A stretch of 64,000 nucleotides of DNA from an uncultured delta proteobacterium (GTDB taxonomy: Bacteria > Desulfobacterota > Desulfarculia > JACQYL01 > CAWGVV01). Every line of letters starts with the position of its first letter. The stretch's first letter is position 1. The stretch lies in NCBI GenBank assembly GCA_963821845.1, contig CAWGFI010000007.1, forward strand, positions 54,729 to 118,728, written 5' to 3'. Below the pieces are notes generated by a model. That model worked only from the letters and a program-made list of their open reading frames with translations. It was not told the origin of the DNA and did not search any database. The translations under genes and the position numbers were made by a program. This document shows positions 10,218-20,328 of the stretch, piece by piece.

Positions 10218-10839
10218 TGGGCGCCCCGGTAAGCTCCTCGAGATAACGGAGACTGTCAAAGGCCGATTCGGCCAGGAAATCGACGTTGAGTTTGTCGGGC
10301 GCCGATTGCTTGAGCGCCGCGCCTCCGGCAAGGACTTTCACGCCCTCGATCCTTCTGAGGGCCAGTAGTCCCTTGACCTGTTTCAGGAGCGGAATGACGG
10401 GGGTGAGCAGGCCGCTGACGCCGATGGCCAGGGGTTTTTCCCGTTCCGTCACTTCGATAAGCCGACGCAGCGGGCAGTCCTTGCCGCAATCCACGACGTC
10501 GTAACCCTTGGCCGAGAGGACCGTCTTGAGGATATTCTTGCCCAGGTCGTGCACGTCGCCTTCCAAACTGGCGATGACGACCGTCGCTTTCCCTTTTTCC
10601 CTGGTCGATCCGACCGGGTACAGGATTTTCATGACCTCGGTCACCGCGCGGCCCGCCAGCATGATTTCGAGCAGGTTGAACTGCTCCAGCGTGCATTTGG
10701 CGTCTAGCGCGGTCATGGCGGTTTCGATGCCGTCGATGACGATGCGCCGTGGACTGACCCCGTCTTCGCGAAGCCGTTTCGCCCGGCGAACCGATTCCGC
10801 GGAGTCGCCTTCAAGGATAGCCGCGATAAGCTCGTTCAT
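10195..10839 (-). CDS. Cobalamin-binding corrinoid protein (MtaC/MttC-like)
   Basis: Cap domain plus EGDVHDLGKNI (DxHxxG), SGLLT, GGA motifs. Confidence 0.9.
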   Translation of the reverse strand: MNELIAAILEGDSAESVRRAKRLREDGVSPRRIVIDGIETAMTALDAKCTLEQFNLLEIMLAGRAVTEVMKILYPVGSTREKGKATVVIASLEGDVHDLGKNILKTVLSAKGYDVVDCGKDCPLRRLIEVTEREKPLAIGVSGLLTPVIPLLKQVKGLLALRRIEGVKVLAGGAALKQSAPDKLNVDFLAESAFDSLRYLEELTGAPNEQSGTD

Positions 10840-11244
10840 TATAGGATCACCCTGCCCTCTACATACTCTAATGGATACCAAAAATATATTCCATCGCGAC
10901 CGATGTGAAAACTATATGCCAAGCCGACGCTCGGGTCAATGTTTCTTGGCTCCGCCGAAGATTCCCACGGCGTCGATCGATCGGGGTTTCATCCACTCCC
11001 CACTTTAAAAGAACTATCGCATGGCCGAGTGGATCGCGACAATATCGTATTGCTCGCAATGGATTACTAACGTGAAACTAACATTCGGAAGGCGGCCGCG
11101 TCGATCCAACCGCGCTGTCCGGACATAATGAACGCATGCAAATTGTTTGCCCGGATCATCCGGTCAAGGCGGGCGCCTCCGAACCAGGGCGGCGGGGGAA
11201 GAAATTCCTCCGCGATGGATTTCCCTCTCGGACTTTTTACCGCT

Positions 11245-12141
11245 TCATCCGGGTTTTTTGGCCGCATGCCGCGTGGAACCCAGGTAGATGCCGACAAGCG
11301 CCAGGGTCACCCCGGCGCCGTCCCACCGGGTGAACGGCCGGGAAAAAAAGAGAACATCCCAGACGATGGACAGCAGGGGTTGCAGGAGCAGAATGAGCCC
11401 GGCGATGGATGTTTCCACCAGGGACATGCCTCGGGCTATCAACATCCACCCCGCCACCTGGCACAGCAGCCCGTAGGCCGTCAAAACCGTCCAGGTTCGC
11501 GCGTTGGGAATGACAAAGGATTCATGGCTCGCCGCCGCGATGGGGCTCATGATGGCCGCGGCGGCCAGCGATATGATCGCGAGGTTGGCGAACGGGCTCA
11601 AGGCGTCGGGCCGCAGCCGGGAAGTCCGCAGGGTGATCAGGTATGCCGAATACCAGACCGCCGTTCCCAGGCCGAGCCATACGCCCGTTTTATACGCCGG
11701 GGTAAGCGCGTTCCAATCCACGCCCACGATCAGGTACAGGCCGGTCATGGAAAGCAGGATGGAGAGCGCCAGCCGGAAGGAAATGGCCTCTTTCGAAATC
11801 ACCAGCCCGTAACCCGCCAGGGCGAAAACCTGAAAATTGGCCAGCAGGGTGGACAGGCCCGGTCCCACGGCGTGGATGCTGGGGTGCCAGAAGCAGAGGT
11901 CCATTACGAAAAAGAAACCGCACGCCAGCGCCAACAGCAGCGGTTGAACGCCGCGCCAAAACCGTTCCCGGCGGATCAGGGCGATGGCCGTCAGGATGAT
12001 TCCGCCGAACAGCATCCGGTAGAATCCGGCCACGAACGGCCCCACGTCCGCCACGCGGACGAAAACGGCGGAAAAACTGATCATGACGGCGCCGGTCAGA
12101 AGCTGGATCACGCCGGAAAATCTGGTCGCGGGTATCTGCAT
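11245..12141 (-). CDS. DMT/EamA family transporter
   Basis: About 10 hydrophobic segments in two repeats. Confidence 0.85.
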   Translation of the reverse strand: MQIPATRFSGVIQLLTGAVMISFSAVFVRVADVGPFVAGFYRMLFGGIILTAIALIRRERFWRGVQPLLLALACGFFFVMDLCFWHPSIHAVGPGLSTLLANFQVFALAGYGLVISKEAISFRLALSILLSMTGLYLIVGVDWNALTPAYKTGVWLGLGTAVWYSAYLITLRTSRLRPDALSPFANLAIISLAAAAIMSPIAAASHESFVIPNARTWTVLTAYGLLCQVAGWMLIARGMSLVETSIAGLILLLQPLLSIVWDVLFFSRPFTRWDGAGVTLALVGIYLGSTRHAAKKPG

Positions 12142-12192
12142 GAATATAATTGTCCACAGGCGGCGTCGAAAACAAACGTTCGCGTCGGCGCG

Positions 12193-12582
12193 TCATTCGA
12201 TAAACTCGGCTATCTCACTGTACTTCATTTTTATCTTGTGGATGATACGATCGTATTTTCGAAGCTTTTTGACGGAGCGTATAACCAAATAGGCGCCTAA
12301 AACCACCAAGGCCGCGTTGATCGTCAGCAGCGGAATGAGCAGATTGCCCACCCGCTCGATCTCATAAAATTTTGACGTGACGATGAGAAAGCTGGTGAAG
12401 CTCAGCGGCAGGACGAGAACCGCGATTCCGGTTCTCATCGACGCCAGAGAGGTTCTTTTCTCCGCTAAAAGCAGTTGTACTTCATTGATGATGATGGCGT
12501 CGAAGGTTCGCTGGTTTGGAACGTGATCCGGAATATCGATGGAGGCTGATGGCTCCTTGTCCGGAGTGGTCGAATCGGCCAT
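12193..12582 (-). CDS. Small membrane protein (DUF202/YidH-like)
   Basis: LAEKRTSLASMRTGIA motif followed by two TM helices. Confidence 0.7.
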   Translation of the reverse strand: MADSTTPDKEPSASIDIPDHVPNQRTFDAIIINEVQLLLAEKRTSLASMRTGIAVLVLPLSFTSFLIVTSKFYEIERVGNLLIPLLTINAALVVLGAYLVIRSVKKLRKYDRIIHKIKMKYSEIAEFIE

Positions 12583-12887
12583 GATCTACTCCATGTGTGT
12601 CTGAGATTATACCATACGCGTGGTCGCGCCGTCCGAGTGCTTTAGCATAACCATTAATCCGGGGTCACTGCAAATAGTACCTCGGATTTTCAAACCGCGC
12701 GCCCGCGTCCGCTCCACCGGCCGCGCATTCGATCATTTCCCGAGAGAAAACGGCGTAGGATTCAATTTTATTCTCAAGAATTATCAATAGAAGCACGAAT
12801 AATATTCAAAGTAGCGGTATACACTATTCTAAAAAGGCATTAAGCGGATTATAAGCGAATAGCGCTAGTAAATTCAAAAGGTAAACG

Positions 12888-14858
12888 ATGAAAATTCAAA
12901 ATAAGATCCTCCTTCCCATCTTATCCTGCGTGCTGCTGCTCTGTATCGGCGCCTATTTCCTGGCGCAACGCGCCGTTTCCAATCTGGCGCGGATTCAGAT
13001 CGCCACGACGCAGACTCTGAGTGAAAACGCGGTCGAACGGCGCATGGAAGATCAGGCGCGGAAAATACGCGCGCTCATCGAGAGCGAAAGCAGGAAAGCC
13101 CTGGAACAGGCGTCCTTGTTTTCCAGGCTTCCCTCGGTCCAAAAGGCGTATAAACTCGCGGCCACGGGCAATATGGACGACGAGAACGATCCCGCGGTTC
13201 AGCGGGCGAGGCAGGAGCTGCGCCGGGAACTGGCTCCCTACGTGGACGGCTACAAATCCGTGACCGGCGCCGGAGGGTTGAGACTCCATTTTCATCTTCC
13301 CAACGGCCGCAGCCTGGTCCGTCTGTGGCGGGACGGCTGGCAGGTCCAGCGCGACGGCAAAAAACTGGACGTCTCCGACGATATATCCTCCTTTCGCAAA
13401 ACCGTCATGGATATCAATCGAGGCTCGCATGAACCCATCACCGGCATCGAAGTGGGCCGGGGCGGTTTTGCCCTGCGCGGCCTGGCGCCCCTGGTGGGAA
13501 AAAACGGCGAGCATCTGGGTTCGAACGAGGTTCTGTCTTCCTTTGACGAAGTCATCCAGGCGGCGCGTTTAGGCAACGGTCAGCATTACGGCATCTTCAT
13601 GAATCAGGATCTGCTCTCCGTCGCCACCAAACTCAAGGACCCGCGACAGTATCCGGTCGTGGACGATAAGTTCGTACTGTGCGCCTCGGACGATCGGGAA
13701 GCCGTTTTGAGCCAGGTAAACGGGGCGTTGCTGGACGAGGGCGGGAAAAAACTGGTAATCGCGTCGGTCGGCGACCGGAAAGTGGGTGTTTTTCCCCTCG
13801 AGGATTATTCCGGCAAGCAGGCGGGCGTTTTTGTTTTGTCCCTGGATAACAGCGAACAGGTGAACGCCATGCGACAGATCGAACAAAACGGCCGGAACAC
13901 GCTCGTTTCCCTGCGCTGGGGCAGCGGAATCGCCATCGGCCTGTTCTGCCTCATTCTGGGGTTGATCGTGTATGGCGCCACCCGCATACTCATCAAACCG
14001 GTACACCGTATCATCGCCTCCCTGCGAAGCGGCGCGACCCAGGCCGCTTCGGTATCCACGCAGGTTTCCGGTTCAAGCAAACGGTTGGCCGACCGCGCGG
14101 CGACCCAGGCCACCGCCATGAAGGAAAGCGCGTCCACCTTGGACAATCTGGCCTCCGTGGTCAAGGCCACGGCGGACGATTCACGGGAGGCCGACCGGCT
14201 GACGGACGAAGCCCTGGAAACCATGGGCCGCCTGCGGGGGTCCATCGATGACATGGGCGCCAAGATGAAAGAGATCGAGCGGCTGAGCGACGATACCGGC
14301 AAGATCGTCAAGTCCATCGACGAGATTTCCTTCCAGACCAACCTGCTGGCTCTGAACGCGGCGGTGGAGGCGGCCAGGGCCGGAGAGGCGGGCGCCGGTT
14401 TCGCGGTCGTGGCGGGTGAAGTCCGCAACCTGGCCATGAAAGCCGCCAAATCTTCCGGGGACACGCAACGCACGCTGGCCGACATGGTGTCGAGAATCCG
14501 CGCCAGCTCGGAACTGGTGAGCAGGACCCACACCGGATTCGGGGAGGTTTTCACGGCCACCGAAAAAGTGGACACGCTGATAAAACACATCTCTTCGGCG
14601 GCGTCGACGCAGTCCGAGGGCATCTTCAGCTTGAACCAGGGAGTCACGGACGTCGAGGAGGACGTGCGGCGAAACGCCGAATACGCGCGGGATTCATCCT
14701 CGGCGGCGGAAGAAATGAACTCCATAGCCGGAAATATGCGAAGTATCGTGGATGAACTGTCCTCCATCGTGGAAGGACGCCGAAAAACGCAGGCCGAAAG
14801 CATCCCGCTGATCGAGGCCGGCGGCGACCGGGAACTGTCGGTCGAGGAGGGGTTTTAA
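12888..14858 (+). CDS. Methyl-accepting chemotaxis protein with Cache-type periplasmic domain
   Basis: Two TM segments; [40 protein letters not shown] hairpin signature. Confidence 0.93.
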   Translation: MKIQNKILLPILSCVLLLCIGAYFLAQRAVSNLARIQIATTQTLSENAVERRMEDQARKIRALIESESRKALEQASLFSRLPSVQKAYKLAATGNMDDENDPAVQRARQELRRELAPYVDGYKSVTGAGGLRLHFHLPNGRSLVRLWRDGWQVQRDGKKLDVSDDISSFRKTVMDINRGSHEPITGIEVGRGGFALRGLAPLVGKNGEHLGSNEVLSSFDEVIQAARLGNGQHYGIFMNQDLLSVATKLKDPRQYPVVDDKFVLCASDDREAVLSQVNGALLDEGGKKLVIASVGDRKVGVFPLEDYSGKQAGVFVLSLDNSEQVNAMRQIEQNGRNTLVSLRWGSGIAIGLFCLILGLIVYGATRILIKPVHRIIASLRSGATQAASVSTQVSGSSKRLADRAATQATAMKESASTLDNLASVVKATADDSREADRLTDEALETMGRLRGSIDDMGAKMKEIERLSDDTGKIVKSIDEISFQTNLLALNAAVEAARAGEAGAGFAVVAGEVRNLAMKAAKSSGDTQRTLADMVSRIRASSELVSRTHTGFGEVFTATEKVDTLIKHISSAASTQSEGIFSLNQGVTDVEEDVRRNAEYARDSSSAAEEMNSIAGNMRSIVDELSSIVEGRRKTQAESIPLIEAGGDRELSVEEGF

Positions 14859-14938
14859 ATTCAGTCAAGTAGATCCGGTGGCGGCGGGTTTCCTTTGAGG
14901 AGCGAAAAATCTTTCGCCCCTCCAATTCCTTCTCTTCC

Positions 14939-16549
14939 CTACTTCCGCGCCGCCGGGATATTCTCCGAGAATCCGGGCAGAATGGATTTGAAAAAGGCGT
15001 TCTGAATCAAGTTGACGATAATCTGCAAGGGGTCGGCGTTGGGATCTTCGAGCGGCCCGGAGATGTCCGCCTTGGTCGCCACCCGGTCTTGCGGGTTTTC
15101 GAGCAGTTTGCTGATGGCGCCCACGACTCCCACGTAGAGATCATGGAAGGCGTTCTTCTGATCCTCGGAACGCTTGTCGGTCACTTCCATGTCCTTGAAC
15201 ATCGGCTTCACATACCCGTTGACTCGCTGGTTACCGACATCCATTTGCGAATAAAAGGAAAACAGTCCGGATTCGATGTCGAAGTCCCCGTAGGCGCGAA
15301 AGATGTCGCTCATGGATTTCAACTTGGCGTTTTCGATGGCCATGTCCAGGTCGAAATCCGGTCCGTTCTTTTCCGGGCGAAACGTGGCCGTTATCTTGGT
15401 TGGGCCCGAATCCATGAAATTGCCCGTAAGGTGAAACGTGGCCGGACCTTTTTCGAACTGATTGCTGAAGTTTGCCAGCTCCGCGTTGGTGTCGGATATG
15501 AAGACGCGGTAATTGGGGTCCGTGGTTTCGTTAATGAACCCGAATACGCCGTTGGTGATTTTCAGCCGCTCAATTTCCGTGGTTACCGTCGGGTTGTTGC
15601 TCAGCTCTTTCGCGGACTGGGCCGCCTTTTTCGTAACGCTCTTTTCGTTCGAGCCTTTCTTTTCCTTCCCGGCGTTTTGAGCCTTGTGCGTGTAATTGAG
15701 CTTGACGCCGTCCAGGGTCAGTTCCGTGATCTCGTAGGTCTGCTCCTTCGCGCCGTATTCCACCTTGCCGCGCGTGGAAAGGACGCCGGTGGTAAGCGAC
15801 ACATCGTAGCGCTGGGCGATCGGTTCAAAGTAATCCAGTACCATCTTTTCCAGGTCGAACGAGCCCTTGACGGTCACGTGAGGTTGAGCCAGAAAATTGG
15901 CGTTTCCATCGACGGTGAGCGACCCGTTCTCAAAAACAACGCCTTCAATGTGGACGCTCGATGGATAGACGTCTTCCGGGGAGCTGATGTTCTGGATGTT
16001 ACGGGCCACCAGGTTGATGTGACTCATTTCCAGCGGCTTGAAGTCGCCCTTGGGCGCATAGCTCATCCGGGCGTCGTGGACCAGAATGTAATCCATTTTG
16101 AGGGGATACACGGATTCCACCGCCTCCTGCCAACTCTCCCGCATGATGGGATAATTTTCCTTCTTCTCTTGCTCGATGTTGTTGAGATCCACATGCAGCT
16201 TGGGCTGGAAAACCTCAACGTCCCCCACCACGCGGCCGCGCACGATCTGACTCCAGTGTATTCCGGATTTGAGCCGGGGTATGGAAACGATGGGCGGGTC
16301 TGGCGCCGCTTTCTGGATTATATCGAAATCGTAAATCTCGGCGTAGAGGCCGATCGGGTGAAGCCTGAGTTTGCCGATCCGCATTTCATACGCCTTGAGA
16401 TGACTGTTAATTTTGTTCTGCGAGTATTCGCGAAGTTTATCGTTCGCCGCGTATGAAGCGATTATGGCCACGACAATCAGGCCGAACACACCAATCAATA
16501 TCCAGCCCAGCACACGAACCGCGCGATTTCCCCAGCTGAACGGAGTCAC
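14939..16549 (-). CDS. DUF748/AsmA-like membrane-anchored protein
   Basis: GGAGG RBS before GTG at 16549, N-terminal TM, C-terminal ATKADISGPLEDP...LIQNAF pattern. Confidence 0.7.
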   Translation of the reverse strand: MTPFSWGNRAVRVLGWILIGVFGLIVVAIIASYAANDKLREYSQNKINSHLKAYEMRIGKLRLHPIGLYAEIYDFDIIQKAAPDPPIVSIPRLKSGIHWSQIVRGRVVGDVEVFQPKLHVDLNNIEQEKKENYPIMRESWQEAVESVYPLKMDYILVHDARMSYAPKGDFKPLEMSHINLVARNIQNISSPEDVYPSSVHIEGVVFENGSLTVDGNANFLAQPHVTVKGSFDLEKMVLDYFEPIAQRYDVSLTTGVLSTRGKVEYGAKEQTYEITELTLDGVKLNYTHKAQNAGKEKKGSNEKSVTKKAAQSAKELSNNPTVTTEIERLKITNGVFGFINETTDPNYRVFISDTNAELANFSNQFEKGPATFHLTGNFMDSGPTKITATFRPEKNGPDFDLDMAIENAKLKSMSDIFRAYGDFDIESGLFSFYSQMDVGNQRVNGYVKPMFKDMEVTDKRSEDQKNAFHDLYVGVVGAISKLLENPQDRVATKADISGPLEDPNADPLQIIVNLIQNAFFKSILPGFSENIPAARK

Positions 16550-16820
16550 AGTGCCCCTCCTTATGCGTATATTAACCTCGAATTCATTATAATATCGGTT
16601 TCTCCGCGGCGCCTTCGGGTATATGCGGTATATTGCGTTGGGAAGGCGGGTAAGGAAAGTCGATGGCGGCCGTTCGATGCGGGAAATAGCTATGACGCGC
16701 CGTGATGCCTCGGCCCCTGGAAAGGACGCACAGGGGTAGGGGTAAAAAAATTTTTGCCCCTGCAAATCCCCGGCGCATGGACAGGTCCGATAACCGTCAT
16801 CATGCCTGCGATATTGTTGA

Positions 16821-16880
16821 TCATTTCGAGCGCAGCGAGAAATCGCCTACAGGGGGTGTGGGGGAAGAGATTCCCCCACC
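16821..16880 (+). repeat. Dispersed ~60-nt repeat (gtcatttcgagcgcagcgagaaatc + G/C hairpin); also 20210-20260, 38525-38583 (rev), 40043-40100, 40773-40832, partial near 25090-25157
   Basis: Shared core TTTCGAGCGC(A/G)GCGA(G/T)AAATC followed by a GGGG...TCCCCC stem at each site. Confidence 0.8.
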
Positions 16881-16920
16881 ATGCTTTTTCTTTCTTTATG
16901 TATTTGCGGCGTTCGGCCGC

Positions 16921-17286
16921 TCAGGCGCAGTGTTTGGGGTTGGGCAGTCCGGCCAGTCTGCGGGCGCCGCGTTTGATCCCTTCGGGGAACAGCTCTTCCA
17001 GCTCCATCATGCTGACCCCGGTGCCTTTCTTGATCTGGCGGTTCAGGGGAGCGCGGCCGTTTTGGCTGTAAAAGAGGCGAAGAAAGTGAATGACCCGCCA
17101 TTGCCGTTCACCGAGGCCCGGCAGACCGTCTTCCCGGGCCAGGGCCTCGGCGGCGTCCTCGGACCAGTCCTTGAAGTCCCAGAAAAAATCCTCGTCGTCG
17201 AAAAGGATGTCCCTTCCGGCTAAAGAGCGCACACGCCGGGCCGAAGTCCCGGACGCTTGATCCGTATGGTCGGCGTGCGCGCTCAT
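16921..17286 (-). CDS. TusE/DsrC-family sulfur relay protein (single C-terminal Cys)
   Basis: DDEDFF..WSEDAA..LA, WRVIHFLR, LFP.G, RLAGLPNPKHCA. Confidence 0.85.
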   Translation of the reverse strand: MSAHADHTDQASGTSARRVRSLAGRDILFDDEDFFWDFKDWSEDAAEALAREDGLPGLGERQWRVIHFLRLFYSQNGRAPLNRQIKKGTGVSMMELEELFPEGIKRGARRLAGLPNPKHCA

Positions 17287-17290
17287 AGGG

Positions 17291-19954
17291 TCAGGATACT
17301 GATTTCAGGGCCTGCTTGACCTTTTCGGGGGTCGCGGGCAGTTGCAGCACCCAGGCGCCGGTGGCGTCCTTGATGGCGTTGATGATGGCCGGAGCCGTGG
17401 GAACCAGGGTCATTTCGCCCACGCCCACGGAACCGAGCGTTCCATGAATCCGCGGCGTTTCGCGGGTGATGATATCCATGTCAAAGTACGTCTTGAAGGT
17501 GGGGAACTTGAAGGTCTTCCAGTCCTTGGTCTGACCGGCCACGAATTCCTCGCGCAGCGCGTAACCGGCGCCCTGGTCCATGCCGCCTTCAAGCTGTCCT
17601 TCCAGGTTCTGGGGATGAATGATCGGACCGGCGTCCACCGCGGTGGTCATCTTGATGATCCGCACGTCGCCGGTTTCGGTGTCCACCTCGATCTCGGCCA
17701 ACTGCACCGCGTGCACCTGGGACTGGAACGAGGGACCCTGGCCGGTCTTGGGATCGAGCGGGCCGGCGTCTTCGTTCTTCTTGGTGCCCAGGTAGCGGGT
17801 CGGTTTGCCCGCGGCCTTGAGTTCATCGCCGTTCTTGGCGCCGGTTTCCGCCATGACTTTCTTGAGTTCTTCCAGCGCGTTGACCATGGCGCCGCCGACC
17901 ATATAGGTTATGCGGCTGCCCGCGGCAGGGCCCGTGGCGGTGGTCACGTCGGTGTCCCGGTTGTTCAGGCGCACCTTGTTCAGGGGAATATTCATCACAT
18001 GGGCCGCTATCTGGGTGAACATGGAATCGTTTCCTTCACCCGGGTCGGCGGCGGCGGCGTAAACGCTCACGCCCCCATCCGGGTCCAGTTCCACGGCGCA
18101 AATGCCGGTGTCGCCCGGACCTCCGATTCCGAAAGATCCAGTGCCCAGGCCAACGCCTCGCTTGATCTTGCCGTTTTTGTTCTCGGCGGCTTCGCGACGG
18201 GCGCGTTCATAGTCGGGCCGAATGGCGTCCATCAATCCCTCTATCGGCCATTCCTCCACCACGCGTCCGGTCGATTTGGACTGTCCGGGTTGCAGGAAGT
18301 TTTTGACGCGGAACTCGAAGGGATCGATGCCCATCTTGTCGGCCAGCATTTCCATGGCGCATTCCAGCGCGAAGTTGACCTGCGGCGGCCCCGCTCCTCG
18401 GGCGGCGGCTCCGAACGGATTGTTGGTGTAGACCAGCCGCGCCATGGCCTGAACGTTGGGGATGTTGTAGGAGCCGGACAGCATGTAGAACGAGCGGTTT
18501 ACCACCACGTGCCCGATGGAATTGTACGCGCCGTTATCCACCACGAAATCGTTGCAATAGGCGGTGAGTTTGCCGTCGGAATCGGCGGCCAGTTTCACTT
18601 TCATGGTAAAGGGGTGCCGCTTGGGCGTCAGCTTCATGCTTTCGTCCAGGCTGGGGATATATCGGACCGCCCTCTGGAGATGGATGGCCATGGCGCCCGT
18701 TACGGCCTCGGAGGTGATTTCGATCTTCATGCCGAACTGGCCGCCCGCGTAGGCTTCCAGGTAGCGCATGTTTTCCCAGCCCAAAGCCTCCTGCAGAACG
18801 CTCATGTGCAGATGGATGTTGATGCTTCGGCCGATGATCACCAGCTTTTGCTCGTCCTCGTCCTCTTCTTCCTCGAAAAAGGCGACACAGGCTTCGGGTT
18901 CGATGGCCGCCTGATGATTGAGCTGCGTGGTGAATTCCGCCTCGATTACCGCGGCCGATTTAGCCAGGGCGGCTTCGGCGTCGCCCTTGATCTGAGGCTG
19001 GGAGAAACACAGGTTGGGGATATTGGCATGGATTTGAGGCGCTCCCTCGGCCAACGATTCCTCGGGATTCTTCAAAACCGGCAGCGGTTCCAGGTCCACC
19101 TTGATCGCCTGGACGGCGGCCAGGGCCTGTTCGCGCGTAAAGGCCGCCACGGCCGCGATGGGATCTCCGATATACCGGACCCGGTCTTCGCACAGCACCG
19201 GCCGGTCCGCGACGAGAAGTTTCAGTCTGTTGGTGCCCTTGATGTCCTTGGAGGTGATGATTCCCAGGACGCCTTCCATCTTTTCGGCTTCGGAATAGTC
19301 GATGGATTTGATGAGGGCGTGCGGTACGTCGCTCCGAAGCACGGCCATCTCCGCCGCGCCGTCGATCTTGATGTCGCTCGTGAAGTGGCTGGTTCCGCAG
19401 GCTTTGGCCATGGATGAAGGCCGGGGATGCGATACGCCTATCATGCCGTCGGAAGGTTTGGGACGGACTTCATCGGGCGTGGTTTCGCCGCGCAGGAACT
19501 GTCCGGCCAGCTTGACCGCGTCGATGATTTTCTTGTAGCCGGTGCAGCGGCAGATGTTGTGGCGCAGCGCCTGTTTGATTTCTTCGGTCGATGGATCGGG
19601 ATTGGCGTCCAACAAGACCTTGGCGGCCATAATCATTCCCGGTGTGCAGAAGCCGCATTGAATCGCCCCGGAAAGGACAAAGGCTTCCTGGATGAGGTGC
19701 GGGTTGGCGGGTGTGCCCAACCCCTCCACGGTGATCACGTCCGCGCCATTCAATGACGTGACTTTAGTGAGGCAGGAGCGCACGGCTTTTCCGTTTACGA
19801 TCACCATGCATGCTCCGCATTGGCCTTTCCGGTCACAGGATTGCTTGGCGCCGGTGAGTTTGAGATCCTCCCTCAGCAGTTCCAGCAAAACCTTGTCCGA
19901 ACCGGCCACGACCTCCTGCTGTCGGCCGTTGATGGTCAAGCTAATCTTTTTCAT
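17291..19954 (-). CDS. Molybdopterin aldehyde oxidoreductase (Mop/xanthine oxidase family, fused 2x[2Fe-2S] + Mo domains)
   Basis: SCDRKGQCGAC, QCGFCTPG, CRCTGY, GGQFG, ARGAG, QLEGG..QG, GVGE. Confidence 0.93.
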   Translation of the reverse strand: MKKISLTINGRQQEVVAGSDKVLLELLREDLKLTGAKQSCDRKGQCGACMVIVNGKAVRSCLTKVTSLNGADVITVEGLGTPANPHLIQEAFVLSGAIQCGFCTPGMIMAAKVLLDANPDPSTEEIKQALRHNICRCTGYKKIIDAVKLAGQFLRGETTPDEVRPKPSDGMIGVSHPRPSSMAKACGTSHFTSDIKIDGAAEMAVLRSDVPHALIKSIDYSEAEKMEGVLGIITSKDIKGTNRLKLLVADRPVLCEDRVRYIGDPIAAVAAFTREQALAAVQAIKVDLEPLPVLKNPEESLAEGAPQIHANIPNLCFSQPQIKGDAEAALAKSAAVIEAEFTTQLNHQAAIEPEACVAFFEEEEDEDEQKLVIIGRSINIHLHMSVLQEALGWENMRYLEAYAGGQFGMKIEITSEAVTGAMAIHLQRAVRYIPSLDESMKLTPKRHPFTMKVKLAADSDGKLTAYCNDFVVDNGAYNSIGHVVVNRSFYMLSGSYNIPNVQAMARLVYTNNPFGAAARGAGPPQVNFALECAMEMLADKMGIDPFEFRVKNFLQPGQSKSTGRVVEEWPIEGLMDAIRPDYERARREAAENKNGKIKRGVGLGTGSFGIGGPGDTGICAVELDPDGGVSVYAAAADPGEGNDSMFTQIAAHVMNIPLNKVRLNNRDTDVTTATGPAAGSRITYMVGGAMVNALEELKKVMAETGAKNGDELKAAGKPTRYLGTKKNEDAGPLDPKTGQGPSFQSQVHAVQLAEIEVDTETGDVRIIKMTTAVDAGPIIHPQNLEGQLEGGMDQGAGYALREEFVAGQTKDWKTFKFPTFKTYFDMDIITRETPRIHGTLGSVGVGEMTLVPTAPAIINAIKDATGAWVLQLPATPEKVKQALKSVS

Positions 19955-20328
19955 TTCTTACTCCCCGTCAACTAGGTCTCGGATTTGAAGCTTTACGATT
20001 ACGATTATTGCGCTAACCGTGACACAACCAGGTATCTTGGCGCCATTTGCAACCATTTTCAAGGGCAAGGAACGCATTTTGATCATTTTGTTTGGCGGCC
20101 CTAGGGCTCCAGGATGGTGAAATATACCGAATTCACGGCGTGGCGACCGAATACAACGTTGCGAGGCGCGCAATACAGTATTCACCCGGCGCCGCTCGCG
20201 CTGATGAGTGTTATTTCGAGCGCGGCGAGAAATCCCACGCAGGGGAAAAGATTCCCCCATCCTGCTTTTCTTTTCCTACCTGACGGATTCCCTCGGTTTA
20301 TGACAAATCGGCAGGCCCCTCACAGCGT

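Noticed and set aside
10840-11240. Cobalamin riboswitch upstream of the corrinoid gene
   Set aside because: No B12-box or conserved core recognised on the minus strand.
16921-17286. True DsrC as evidence of dissimilatory sulfite reduction
   Set aside because: It lacks the second conserved C-terminal cysteine and no dsrAB context is present.
17342-19417. Long + strand ORFs opposite real genes (also 1266-2651, 5789-7186, 15089-16456, 48733-50460)
   Set aside because: Antisense shadows of GC-rich coding sequence with no recognisable motifs.
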